From Anthoceros angustus (Eukaryota; Plantae; Anthocerotophyta), in contig MU008171.1 in NCBI GenBank assembly GCA_010909165.1, positions 1,054,001-1,118,000 on the forward strand: a DNA stretch of 64,000 bases, read 5' to 3'. The position numbers were made by a program, and so were the translations under genes. The notes beneath the pieces were generated by a model, which saw nothing but the letters and a program-made list of their open reading frames with translations, ran no database searches and was not told the DNA's origin. Below are positions 21,656 through 34,440 of this stretch, piece by piece. Numbering within the stretch: the stretch's first letter is position 1; every line of letters begins with the position of its first letter.

Positions 21656-23499
21656 TGAGTCACACTACGCATGTACTTACGAAATTGTGGACTTTGAAAA
21701 GGAGGAAGAAGGATGCTCTGGCATCCCTGCAAGGCACTTGTATCCTATGTGGGGTGAGTAAGCTTAAGTTTTGTCCGCTGGAGACTTGTATAAATGTTCA
21801 GCCTAATGCTCTTCTAAAATGGAGATGCTTCCAATACCAAGTTTGGGCAAGGACGTGGATGGGCAAGATAAGAAACGGATCAAACTTGTCTTCATGGAGA
21901 CACATCCAATAGAATTTGTCGAGTTCTTCAAGGGGAAGTTGAAGGATTTCATTCTCCATAAATTTGTTCAGTGATGGCAAGGGCTGGAGTTCCGGCATTG
22001 CCTAGAGTGGTTTCCATCTGACGTGGTTGTCTCGGTTATGGATTTTTCTCAGAAATTACGCATTTGGAGTCCAAGTTGAAATACATCCAGACCATGCATT
22101 AGCAGAATGACTAGGTTTCCATCCTCATTCTGGTTTTCTACAAGCGTTATCTTGATCTTGACAAGCCTGCCGCAAACATTCAGAAATACTACCACTTCTA
22201 TATTAGTGACGAACTTGTGCATGACATGCTCTTCGTTCAACATTGTTTGATGAAGCACAGGCATTGGATGTTGGATTCAGGGTTCTCGAGACCTCGAGAG
22301 CATTGGTGCTAGTCAAATGGAGCAGCAAGTCAATTCAAGGCATGTCAACCTTCGTACTTCATTTCCAGGTACCCTAGCTTGACAAGTGGCTGCAACATGC
22401 TGTGGTCATCTTTGGGAGTGGCCATGGCAAGGGAGAGCATGATGTGCAGGTGTTATTTTGAAGAGAGCCCTTAGAGCTGCAGAGTCCTCTCCCACAGCAG
22501 GCAGGTTGCAAAATGTAGCTGATGTTGTCCACTACCTACAAGAACACATTTCTACCGCTGCAAGAAGCCTTTATGCATCTGAGCAGCATGGAAGACTAGT
22601 GCATAGAAGTTTCTGGCTTATCAATTGGCAAGGATGAGGTGAATCGGAGGGCGGAATATGCTTGTGACTCCATACCCGGGTCTAAGCAGATGCATGGCCT
22701 GTATGGGGCTAGTGTGGCAGATCCCAAGCAACTGAAAATGCGCAACTTGTATTGTTTTTGTGCAGAGTGTATGGAAAGCAACCATGATGCGTGCGAGAGA
22801 GTTCCTTCCGCTGACTTCTGGAATTTGGTTACGATTAGACCACATACTGATGGTGCTGCTCCTCGGATTATCCAGCAGTCAGCCCACCTAGCAATTCCTT
22901 TACTTTTGGACGCTGCTCTCCTTGCTGCTGACAGTCCTGATGACGAAGCTGTGGATCTCTCTGATTGAGCAGACCTCTTGGAAGTCAGCGACAACTTCAT
23001 GGTTTTTGCCAATAAAGAAGATGAGGGCCAAGAATTCTACCTTCTGCAGTGCACTGAGGTATCGCACGAGGTAAGTATTGCATTCGTATGAGCACTTCCT
23101 CAACTGACAACCAAGCAAAACAAATCTACTATGCAAATATAGGTGCAAACCAATAAACAATAGGAGGGAGTAGCTCGCACGTTGTGGCACAAACACACTG
23201 TCCCCACTATAACAACACGCAAATTCCTCACATCGCTCCCAAAGTCATAGCTTTGGCCTCCTCACGATACTCTTGCATTGTATATCTGGAGGACAAGCTA
23301 TGATCTGAGCTTGTCCTCTGTGAAACAGTCTATATATACTACCCCTTAGTATCGGCCTATTTCTAAGATATCCTATTGGCATCAACATATGCCGGAAATA
23401 TCTTAAGAATACACTATAATATGCAAGGAACATGTTAAAGCATATTACTTGAGCTTATCCACTTAGCTATTGCTAATCATGTTTACTTAACAATAATCA

Positions 23500-23768
23500 A
23501 TGCTTAATTAACATAAGCACTTTATATTAATTAATACTAACTACTTACTTAAAGACAAGTAATTAGATTTATTAATGCTAATCAAACAATAAACCCAAGT
23601 GCAGAGATCAGTGTCACACGGCATGACAGCTATAATTAATGCTTAATTAACATAAGTACTTTATATTAATTAATACTAACTACTTACTTAAAGACAAGTA
23701 ATTAGATTTATTGATGCTAATCAAACACTAAACCCAAGTGCAGAGATCAGTGTCACACGGCATGATAG
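23500..23768 (+). repeat. AT-rich tandem duplication (period 139 bp)
   Basis: ATGCTTAATTAACATAAG...GTGTCACACGGCATGA at 23500 and 23639. Confidence 0.9.
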
Positions 23769-24070
23769 TTGTTGCACGAGGTAAGTATTGCATTCATATG
23801 AGCACTTCCTCAACAGACAACCAAGCAAAACAAATCTTATATGCAAATATAGGTGCAAAACCTCCGCTTTTTGTAGTAGTGCCAAGTGCATGTCCAAGCT
23901 GGCTAGACATCATATGAATCTTCAAGGTGCACCTCGATACTAGTGTATTAGGCTGATGAGAATCGGACTCTCAGAAATGTGAGTGACACCCTCACTCTCT
24001 TGGCTCGACGATAGGTAGAGAAATTGGTGGAAGAGGACCTTGTCGTCCGTCATCTGAATCAAGTATAATA

Positions 24071-24140
24071 TGGAGACTTTATAAAAAATAAAGAGATAGG
24101 AAGCCCCATCTACCCCGAGCTGATGGGGAATAACTCACTA
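24071..24140 (+). repeat. Dispersed repeat, copy C
   Basis: TATGGAGACTTTATAAAAAA..GAGATAGGAAGCCCCATCTAC..GATGGGGAATAAC, homologous to copies A and B. Confidence 0.6.
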
Positions 24141-26003
24141 GAGGGCCGTAGGCCAAGGGGGCCTAGCCCTTACGAAATATTGCCCCTACCCTATTTCTGA
24201 TCCCCCCGGATCAAAAATAGATCCACCCTGAGCGACACACTATTGCGCAGGGTATATGGTTGCTCCCTGCAGGAGAAAAATCCGCTCTCCTTGGCCATCA
24301 GGAATATGACGCCGTTAATGGCATCATGCGTAGCAATACGCTGCCCTCGGATTGGACAACAGCCAGGTGGGGGCCAGAGTCGTCGTGGGGGGCCCCACAG
24401 CTACAGGTTGAGAGAGAACATGCCAGAGGTTGGACCAAGCCCAGGCAAAACCTTATCGCGGTAGAAAAAGAAGCTGGTGCGATTCGGAAAGCTTGGATGC
24501 ATGGCCAAGCTAGAAGCTAGGAGCCTGCTCTCTTCCTCGAGCAAGAGTGGCGGCAAGCTCGAGCAGGTTGGGGAATGGGAGAATCCAAAAGAAGTGCCCT
24601 CTGCACCTCCTCGTACTGCTTATCCTGGAGAGAGGCTTGAAGGCCGGCAACCCATCCACAGAGAACGAGGAAAAATGAGACATGGCAGCCCTAGCCTCAA
24701 AGGATAAACATTCCTTAGCCAACCTGAAGGATACCTATAAGGGAAATGCCCCCTCCGCCACGCCCGAGACGAAGGCCTACACGATGGGGGAATCTCCGAT
24801 TAAGAAACGAGAGGTCAGGATGGGGGCAGAGAGGGCCAGCTCCCTACAAAGGCCGCCAACATCGAGGCCGCCATGGCCAGCAGACCTATGCCCCCAAAAG
24901 TGATAGGTAGGAACGCTTGCCACCCCGCCAGACCGCCTGCGGCACACTCGTCCAATGATGTCTCTAAGCGCCTGCATATCCTGTTTATTGAAATTCCTCA
25001 GACTTGATAAAAAAGCTGGGGAGGGAGCCATACTTCTGGTGAGGTACCCTGGCTGACAAGCAAAGCAGGAAGAAAGGATACCAAATGCTACCTATGGGTC
25101 CCCTAATTGAGAGAGGTCGCCCATGTGAGCCAGGTCCTCCTCCAAAGCTGCATCCACGTAATCCCGAATAAAGTCCAGGGTCCCACCGGGACCTCATGGA
25201 TGCGAAGTCCCTGCGAAGAACTAATGTCCCCCCCCCCAGGAAATTGAAGAAAGTTTGGGTTCATCTGAATTTGGTTGTTAGAAAGTTTGCTCATCATGTA
25301 GATGTTCTCAGCTTTTAGGGGATGACCTCCGAGTCTCATCCCTAGATGCAACCCTAGAGTAGAATACTTGGTGTGATTAGATCTTCCAATGGACCTATTT
25401 CCCTATTTATATTTTTCTAAATTAATCTGAATTTTGTCACGACAAAAAAATTGTCCGCGGTTACGTGGACCTGCGAGCTCCGTGTCTGCATCCGACGATG
25501 TGCTTATAACACGCTCTCATTGTGCGTGGAGCACAAACCAAGCTGAGGAAAGGAACTGATCCCGATTCTGTTGATCTTTTGGGCATGGATCTGGGCAAGT
25601 GGCGGCGTGCTGAAAAGTCCGTGTTCAAGAGAGGCTTCAACGATTTCTGCGGAATTTTCCATCCATGGATGTAACCACCAGATCGAGAAAACCTATTTTT
25701 AAAGAAATTTCCAAGAACCATGCGCGGTCAATCTGGGGTTACACTCATTGCGGAGAAAGGCTTAGAAGCGCCAACCCTGGTTAAGTAGCTGGGTTTTATG
25801 TTTGAAAATCACTTCGGATTGGTTTTGAAAGCCCTAAAAATTGCAGAACGTCCGGGAGATTTGAACCCCAGCCTCTGTCTTCTGTCTCCCTCGCACCAAG
25901 AAGGAGATCCGCACGGTGGAAGGAGCTAGAGGTGTCATTTGCACCCCTGTCGTCCGCAGTTGCTTCACCACAGCACTCCGGCGGGCTTTCGGGCACTCAC
26001 ACA

Positions 26004-26594
26004 ATGCCTCAAATCCAGTATTCCGAGAAGTACAACGATGACACTTACGAGTACAGGTGATCTTGTCATCTCTTTTCCCCTGCCCTTTCCTTCCCTTGTC
26101 GCATTCTCCTTGCAGCTGGATGATGGCTGCTCATTCCCCTCAGCCGTCTTGGCACTATTGTAGGCACGTCGTCCTCCCGCCGGATGTCGCCCGCATGCTT
26201 CCGAAGAACCGTTTGCTGTCCGAGGTATGTTTGGGCTTGGTCGGACAGATAGCTTCTGCTAGCTATGCGACACCTGTCATGCAGAAACATACCCTTGTTT
26301 GGAAGTGTGGGGTGGTAGGAATGAGGCTAACGTTTTTTTTGTACGAGCGGACGGGGTCCTCGGCTTGGAGACCGATGTCCTACTCTTGTCTTGCCGTTTA
26401 CAAGCCGCTCTTGTCGATGACAGACGGAGTGGCGAAGTCTGGGCGTGCAGCAATCCCGCGGCTGGGTGCACTACGCGATCCACAGGCCAGAGCCCCACAT
26501 CATGCTTTTCCGCAGGCCTCTAAACTACCAGCAAAATCAGCAGACACAGCAGGCCCAAGCCCCAGCTGTGCAGCCTGGTGGTTTAAAGGCATGA
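26004..26594 (+). CDS. CKS1: Cyclin-dependent kinases regulatory subunit
   Basis: Three exons: [18 protein letters not shown] | [20 protein letters not shown] | [35 protein letters not shown] plus a Gln-rich tail. Confidence 0.97.
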
Positions 26595-27321
26595 AGGACT
26601 GTTTGTGGTTTGTGCCTTCTTCCTTCCCTGCCACACTTCTGTCATGGCTAGAGTCCTGGCAGGCTTCTGGAAACCTAATGAGGCAAATTTGAATTGTGGT
26701 GTCTTTGCAGATTCCACTCTGTACAGATAACACAAGCGGCTTGCATCTTCCTCACACTCAACGGCATGTTGAACAAGGAGAAATCTGGCGGCACCTGTTC
26801 CTCTCGAAAAGAGCTGAAGAGTGCGATTTTTACTAGCCTATTTTTTTAGCTACCCAAGCCTCTCTGTAGCCACTAGCAGATCTTGACTGAGCCGGTGCCT
26901 GGCCCAGCGACATAGTATGTAAGGTGTGTGCTACTTACTGACTCTTGCTTATGAGACATAAGCTGAGGGATTTGCTGTTTGCGTGATGGACCGAACGTGT
27001 GGCTTGTGACAATCATGCTGTTTCTTGGAATTAAGGGAACGCTTTGTTCCACTATACACAGATGGCCATTTTGTGCATCACGCTAATAATAGAGAGCATC
27101 GTGGCGAGCGTCCAAATGCCGAAATCTGGCTCGGTCTGCAGCTTCCGTCAAGCCCTAAAGGTTCGTGGTCTTCTCTCTGTTCTTTCCTGGCCGAGGGAAA
27201 GGAAGGAGGGATTGCGCGGCAAGCGAGCAAGGCGGGGAAGTAGGCAGGCAGAGAAGTTGAAGGAGAAGCTGGGGAAGAAGAAGCGCAAGCGCGGTGGAAG
27301 GGGGGGCCGGCGGCGGCAGCC

Positions 27322-30300
27322 ATGGTGGCCAAGGCGCACCAGCCGTCGAGCTCCGAGTCGGACGACTGGGGGGACGAAGGCTGGATCGTGGACTGCCCTT
27401 GCGGCGTGAACTACGACGATGGCGAGATGATGGTGGAGTGCGAGGAGTGCGGCGTGTGGGTGCACACCGCCTGCTGCCGAGTGGTGAAGGATCTGGAGAC
27501 GTTCAACTGCGACAAGTGCAAGAGCAAGAAGAACAAGGAGTTCGAGGAGTCGGAGGTGGCGCAGCTGCTGGTGGACCTGCCCAGCAAGCCCGTCTCCTTC
27601 GAGGAGCGCGGCGGCGGCCATGACAGGGCGGCTCCAGCTTTTGCACCTGCTCCGTCACCGGCGGCGGCCTCCGCACCGTCCGCGCCCCCGGTGGTGCACC
27701 TGGACCCCGTGCGGAGCCCCAATCGGGACAGGGCGCATGTGCAGGAATTCGGGGATCCCAGGCTGTTTGTGGCCGGCTCCATTTTCAGCCGCCAGCTGTG
27801 GAAGGCGACGGGGTATGTGCGGAAGCCGGTCCGGATCGACTTCACGGAGCTCCCGGGCTCGCGCAGCCATGGGGATATCGAGAGGCTGCTGGACGACGCC
27901 AGTTCGGACGAGCTCGCCGTGCTTGTGTTGATGGAAAATGCGAGCAAGGGGGAGGGGAGGCCGCCGGCGGTGGACAGGGATGTGGGTGTTGCAGATCTGG
28001 CGGCGGCAGCTCCCAAGCTGGCGAAGAAGGCGGAGCGGCACGGGAAGCATAATAAGCTCAAGTTGAAGCACAAGCACAGGAACGCTCGGGAGGAGAAGCA
28101 CCGGCAGCATGAGAAGAGACCCAGGGACGATAGCGGGTCTGTGCAGGAGGTTGTGAGCAAGAAAAAGGCAAGATGTTCTACTGCTGGTGACGCGGCTAGA
28201 GCGGAGGATGAGCGCCGGAAGAAGGTCGAAGGTTTGTTTCATCCTGCCATTATCTCACCCACACACCCGGAGGGCTCGGTTCAGGAGGTTGTCAATGCTT
28301 CTGTGAAGAAGGTGGAAGATGCCAGTCTTGCTCCCTCTCCCGATGCAAATCTGTTGTTCAAGTCTCCTCAGTCACCTGCAAAGAACCCTAAAGCCATGAA
28401 GAAGCTTGCCGTGCAGGAGTTCATGGATGGTGGGATCACCACGTGCAGCAAGTGCTGCCGAGAGGAGCCCATCTTGGGTCGCACTCTCGCATTTTCTGGT
28501 AACGTCCTCAGATCCTGTGTGGAGAGAGGCTCGTGTGGGAGGCTTGTGAATGTGAGGATCCTGGCTTATGTTCCGAGGCAGAGGTAGAACTCCCCTGTGA
28601 CCACAGGGCGCCGGTTTAAGTTCCGGTATCCCCACAGAAATTCCTGACAGCGGACACAGCGCGGAAGCCAGGTGCGCTATCTGGAACCGAAGTGCCATTA
28701 TGTGGTCATAGGGGGTTTTACCCCATGCTTATTGTTTGCTGTCGAGGGTCTAGTCTTCTCTTCATCTCTGCATTGCTGTGAGCTAGCAGCGCTTCTCTTC
28801 AGAGAACTGCAATGCTCTCCGTAGTCTGATCGCAGCCTGTACTTCGTTTTACATTTTCCTTTGGGAGACCCTGCACCTCTCGCCCGCCCTGCTTCCTCTC
28901 TTAAGCACTGATAGCTTTTAGCGCGACGTTAGGGGTCCCTTGACGCCCTCTGCGCTAATATAGGTTGCTGCTAAGATGCGAAATATGTTGGTGTTGGAGC
29001 CATCGGACTGTGACCCTCGTTGCTAACGGACTCGCTTTGTTTTTTTACCTTTGCAGGTGCCGGTCCTAATACTCTGGTCTGCAGAGACTGCGAGAGTGAC
29101 ACGTCGGCAGAACCCTGTGGAGTTTCCAGCATGAACAATGACCATGAAGCGGCCCAGTTGTGCTCTGCACCTGCTTCTGAATCGGAGTGTGATCAAATGC
29201 AGACTTGTGTGCGGGAAGGTTCTCTATCTGGAAAAGAAGATGGGGAGCTGGTGAAGGGGTCGGTTAAAGCTGATGATCCATGTCTCGTGAAGTATCAGCA
29301 TTGTGGAGCCAAGAAGCCGAGGGTACCTGAAAGACAAGAAACTCAGCTTCTCAGTGGTGAGGGAGATCTATTGCCAGAGCAGACACTAGATTCGTCCATT
29401 GAGGTAAGAGCTGGTCTGCATTCTGATGCTGTTCTGCACCAAGTTTCTTCTGTGCCTGTGGGTTGAGTAGTAGTGTCCTGTTTTGCGTGCATCTACAGGC
29501 CAAGACCCTGCAAGGGTCTGCGAACCACAACAGGGGTTTGAAGTCCAGTGCTTCGCCTAGTAAGGATGTTGTTGAAGATGTCATTCACTCTCATGTCGAT
29601 CAACATGCTTCAAGTCATGACTTCTCCAATTATCAGAGACTGGATGTCAGACAGGCTCGGATGTTGAGCTCAGTATCTTCAAAATGCGAAATTAGTGGCC
29701 TAGCTGGTACTGAAAAGGCAGCTTCTGCTCTGGTACCAGTGGCCTGCATTAGTCAAAGCAGGTCACTGCTATTGTCAAGAGGGTTGAGCAGTGAGAATTG
29801 TTCAGAGGACTGTCAAGTTAAGAAGGAAGATGGGGAAAATGATCAGGATGCAGCCCTTTCTCGGACGAATTTATTGTCTTGCGGTTTAGGAGTTGCTGGT
29901 GATCTGCTGTCTGTAAGGAAGGATGAGTGGTCTAGGCACACTACTCCCAGTGATTTATCCAAAGCCAGTGCTGGGTCCTCTTATCCAGGGGATCCAGTGC
30001 CCCAAGACAATTGTGCTTCTTGCGCAGAGGCTGCATCACAGCAACACGCGGTGGAGGATGCTGTACTCGGCCATATGGATGCGTCAGCTGATGGGAGGTC
30101 ATCAATGGCATCACCTTCGTCAAGTGCAGATGGCAGGACTGGTCGATCGTTGAGTCACCCTCTGCCAGAAATGAGAGAGAAAGCTGCTAGCGCCAACTTG
30201 TTGAGTAGTGGAGCCTCAGTACCGGATAGACCTCAGGTAGATCCTGTTATGGATTTACTGAGGGTGCTTCAGTCTGGGGCAGAACCACTTCCCCAGTCCC

Positions 30301-33300
30301 CCAAGATCAACTTAGGTGAAGATGGCTCAGGGAAGCAGCAGTCGTCCAGTTCACAACAGCAGGGTGAAAGACATGTGCACACTCCGAAGGTGCAGCACAA
30401 AAACAACAGTCTGGTTTCAGATATTCGAGCCTCTACACTGGATATTGGGGACTTTGTGGTTTCTCCCAGCCATCCAAAGGCATCTGACCAAGCTTTGCAG
30501 ATGGGAACCTCGGATCAGAAGCTCTCTCCCTCACAATCACCAGTATGCCAACAGGCTAGGCAGCATCATCTGCATCCTGGGCGAATTAGGACAGGTGCCA
30601 GCTTGGCAGTGGACCGGTTGAGTTCTGTCACACAGGCAGGTGGTGGTCTTCGTATGCCCAATGCTGCCTCTTTGTCCACTGCAAAGCCTGGATCATTGAA
30701 GTCTCCTGGAGGTGCGTTGACAGTATCACCCAAGTCGCCTCCAATCCCTCTGCAACCATCGAAACAAGGGGGTAGCAAAGCAAGTTCTAGTTCCCCACCT
30801 TTGCAAAGACCTGGGTCTGGAGCAAGCGCCACAAGGACGCCTCATGCTTCTTCTTCAAAACACTCTTCTAGCTCTAGTGCCCTCGCTAAGCAGCACTCCT
30901 TGGCACCAAAACCTAGTGTACTAGTATCTTCCTCTTCTCTTCCCAATAAAACTAGTTCATCTAAACAACCCTCGCGAACAAATAGTCTTCCGTCTTTGAA
31001 GCCAGCAGATAGTTCCCTTCCCCCTGCTAAATCTCCTGCCGCTACTTCTCCAGCTTCACGTGGAGGTATGAGTCAGGTATCTGTAAAACACCCCTCGATT
31101 CCTTCCAAAGTAGCTACCCCTGGAAAGGTAGGTGGTACACCCAGGCATCCATCTTCAGGGAAAGGTCCACTGCCACACACCTTCAAACAACCTGGGAGCC
31201 AATCCAGTGCTAGGCAGCATGCTTCTGATCCTGCAAAGTCGACCACTCCCATGTCCACAAAGCATCAGGCCTCACAAGTGCCAAAGCAGCCACTTGTGGT
31301 CCATAAGGATGACAAGTCGGCCATGCCCTCTGCCCCTCCATTCTCCAAAGGGATGTCAGCAATGCCCCCGCCACCTCCACCATCTTCTTTGAAGCGTTCA
31401 CCTGCAGCAGCAGGTCCTACAGGCTCAGCAACAACTTTGAAAGACGAAGAGGTCCATCCCTGAACTCCTTGTTGGCTCACTTGGGTGTCACAAGTGAGAA
31501 TCTAATCTTTTGGGAAGACCTGTAGTGTATAGACTGAATTTTTTCAGCTGTGGCTAAATTATTTGTCTTGTCACAGATAGCTATGTTACTTCATCAGGAA
31601 TTAAACAGCTCCCCCCGAGTACCTCGAGGGTCAAGAGCTCGGCAGGCAAATGCTGGAATGCAGGGTGGCTCTTCAATACAAGCTTCTGTCCCGTCAACCA
31701 AACGGCAAACTGCTTCTGCAGTTCACAACACTCAACAAACTGGTGACAGAGATGCGGTAGGAGATTGCTGCTTGCGGTTGTTGTTTGGCTGCTTCTTCAT
31801 GAATAAGATGTAACACTTCCAGGTGTTTCTCACGGCTGCTTTACTGGTCTGCTGCATCCACTGAAAAAGGAAAAGGTGGTCTTTTCCCCATCAAGTAATA
31901 TTCAATTGGTCTGGTTTATTCACATTGATCTGCAGCCCTCAAGAAAAAGGCCGAGAGAGGACCGCCATAGAGATGTTGGGCGCAGTATGACAAGTGTGTC
32001 AGAGGATTTGAACAAATCTGGGGCCATCACACGTAAACATGAAGATGGGAGCAGGGCAGATGATGGGCCTCATGTCTCTGAGAAAAGTTCTGGTGGTGCC
32101 CTTGTGGAAAGTGGTTGTTTTAAAGAAAAATCAGCCAATGTGGAAAGTAATCCTCGCCGGTCTGCTCATGGTTGCCTGAAAGGGAATTTGTCGATTGTTG
32201 TTCCAGCACGCAGTGATGAGTCATTAGAGCCTGGTGATCGGAAAAGCCCTGCTGACAGCACAATTTTAACACTTCCAGGTTAGACCAGCTGTTTCCTTTT
32301 CTTTCTGGAAAGTCTCAACATCAATTCTTGATTCTAAGATAGTGTGTTTCGTAACATTGTCCTTTACAGGTTTGATTGACGATATCCTGAGCAAGAGGGG
32401 CCATCAGCTGTCATATGTAGATGTGTGTGAAGCTGTGGGGCCTGTAAGAATCTGGATTCGTTATTAATGGTGCTTGTCCTGTTGGTCTTAAGGTTGAGGT
32501 AGCCTCTGCTGCAGATAATATGACAAAGGTACTAATGGTGGTTTGGCATATACTGTGTGCAGCACTGGCAAAAGCTACGGAAACCAAATGGTGATCGCTA
32601 TGCTTATGCAAGTCATCGCCAAGCAGTTCTAGATTGTCTAAGGAATAGGAGCTCCTGGGCTCACCTTGTTGATCGAGGTCCCAAGGTAAAATTACTGGAA
32701 CTCAATGGCCACACTTGGCCACCAGGTGATGCCTCCTGTTGTGTGGCTTGATTTTACAGGATCATAGCCATTGTTAACTGGTGGAATAACATGTAGGATC
32801 TCTTTTCATGGTGTTTGCAGACAAATTTGGGGCGGAAACGACGCAGAAATGACATTGCTGTTACTACGGAGTCAGATGAGGATGATGACATTGATGGTTC
32901 TACCCCTCTCCACATGGAGGATGGTGAAACTCTCCGAAGTGGTCTTCATGCTGCACATGAAAAATTGCAAGGAGAGCAGACCGATAGGCAAATGGGGCTG
33001 GAGGTGGCTCTTCCAGAGGATGTTCCGAAGGGGAAACGGAAAGCCAGGAGCCGAAGGTGTCAGCCCCTCTCCACGGAAGAGACAGGTGTGGAGCACAATG
33101 GTGGAGCTATCAGGGCCAAGGTTGGAAGCAACCGGAACTCCGGGCGAGATAAAGGCTCTGGTCCAGGTCAAGACGAGGAGGCAGATGTATCTTCCTCGCC
33201 GTCCAGTGAAGAAGCAGTCAGCAACTACAGTGAAGAAGATGAAGAGATGGTTGTGCACAAGGGAATGCGTGGTAGGCGGCAACGTGATGGGGAGAGCAGT

Positions 33301-33324
33301 GGTGGGGAGGATGATTTGGACTGA
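27322..33324 (+). CDS. PHD-finger chromatin protein (At1g32810-like)
   Basis: N-terminal PHD (WIVDCPCGVNYDDGEMMVECEECGVWVHTAC), a long Ser/Pro-rich region, then LLHQELNSSPRVPR, GLIDDILSK..YAYASHRQAVLDCLRNR..LVDRGPK and an acidic tail. Internal exon limits around 28.2-29.1 kb are uncertain. Confidence 0.85.
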
Positions 33325-34440
33325 GTGACGATGCTTGGTTAGTGAAGTGTATGTGCAACATCTGCTGTCACCAGCATTTCCGATAGTATCACAGCAAGGT
33401 GAAGCTCCCTTCTAAGGCCTTGGCATGTCTCTGTGGGCTTTGTGTTGCAGCACACTGACAGCTTTGGTACTTATTGTTCTTTAGGACGTACATCCTCTGC
33501 AGCGAGAGCTGTTGAGTTGCAATTCTTCAAGGCTGGTTTGCCATACTTCTGGTTCATGGGGAAGAGGATGGTGAGTAGGGCGCGTAGCCAGTCTGAGTGG
33601 CCTGTCTGCTTGTTGTAACAAATAGTCCCGTTTGTTTTGAGGCGATGCTCAATGGGTGTGTTGCCACCAGCTCTGAAGTTAAAAGCGTTGTTGTCCGGTT
33701 ACAGGCAGGGCAGTCGTATATGCTCGGATAATGGTGACGTGGTAGCCCTCACGAGCAGGCCCGCTTGAGCTTTCCTGGAGACCCAGGTGTTTTCAGGACC
33801 TTGTAAGCACATGAAGTCTCGGCCTCCTCGAACAACATTGATATGTTACTAGGGTCAATTACTTAGGCGTGATTAATTGCTGTATCAACACGTCCTGAGG
33901 AAGTTGGTACCGAGGAGGTGAGACCCTGGATCACTGTAACTGGGCCCTCTGCACACGGATGGGTGAACGACTCCTCGTGTAAGGAGAGGATAGAAGGGGA
34001 ATTGTCGGGCAAGTTTGGCGCCTGTAGTTTGCTGTGGATCTTGACGCTGGACTTATATAGAGCGGTGCCGCCTGTATTCGACTCAGATTTTTAGATTCCT
34101 CCTTCACTACCTGTGACGTTTGCTATGGTTCGGTCTCTGTCGTGTGCATGGGCGTGAAGTATTTGCAGACTTATGTACAGGACTCGCACCTGCATTAACC
34201 ACACGCGTAAATCAGGCTGCTTCGAAAATGCAGCAGTGCTACAAGTGGAAGCCGAGATACACGACAGTGACGAACGGAAGAGCTGACGTTTGTACCTATA
34301 TATATTCGGTCCACCTTAAAATGTAGGTGCCAATGAATAGAGGGATCGATGAGCATTGGCCGGTGGGGTGGATTGGTGTTAGAAACGAGTTTTTTTCATA
34401 GTCTGCACAATATCTATCGGCAGGGGCAAGGGCCGACACA

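Larger units (their letters stand above)
19560..23070 (+). mobile_element. Decayed DDD-type DNA transposase, probably Sola (Sola2-like)
   Basis: Reconstructable motifs in order: FEKLKPFFVK..RNLCCCQYHVE (20770-20845), QGTCILCG, VMDFS(ENY)AF (~22035-22065), YISDELVHDMLFVQHC, SNGAASQFK, FGSGHGKGEHD(G)AG (~22408-22450), RNLYCFCAEC. Many stops and frameshifts. Element termini not identified. Confidence 0.65.

Noticed and set aside
18543-23208. AGTGGGG..ACA / TGTCCCCACT as TIRs of the Sola-like element
   Set aside because: Only ~10 bp match with a gap and there is no clean TSD, so the evidence is insufficient.
27148-28242. Several long minus-strand ORFs (157, 249, 195 aa)
   Set aside because: Antisense shadows of the GC-rich first exon of the PHD gene.
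34120-34330. TATA-containing segment as a possible snRNA gene
   Set aside because: No upstream USE motif, Sm site or recognisable snRNA sequence.
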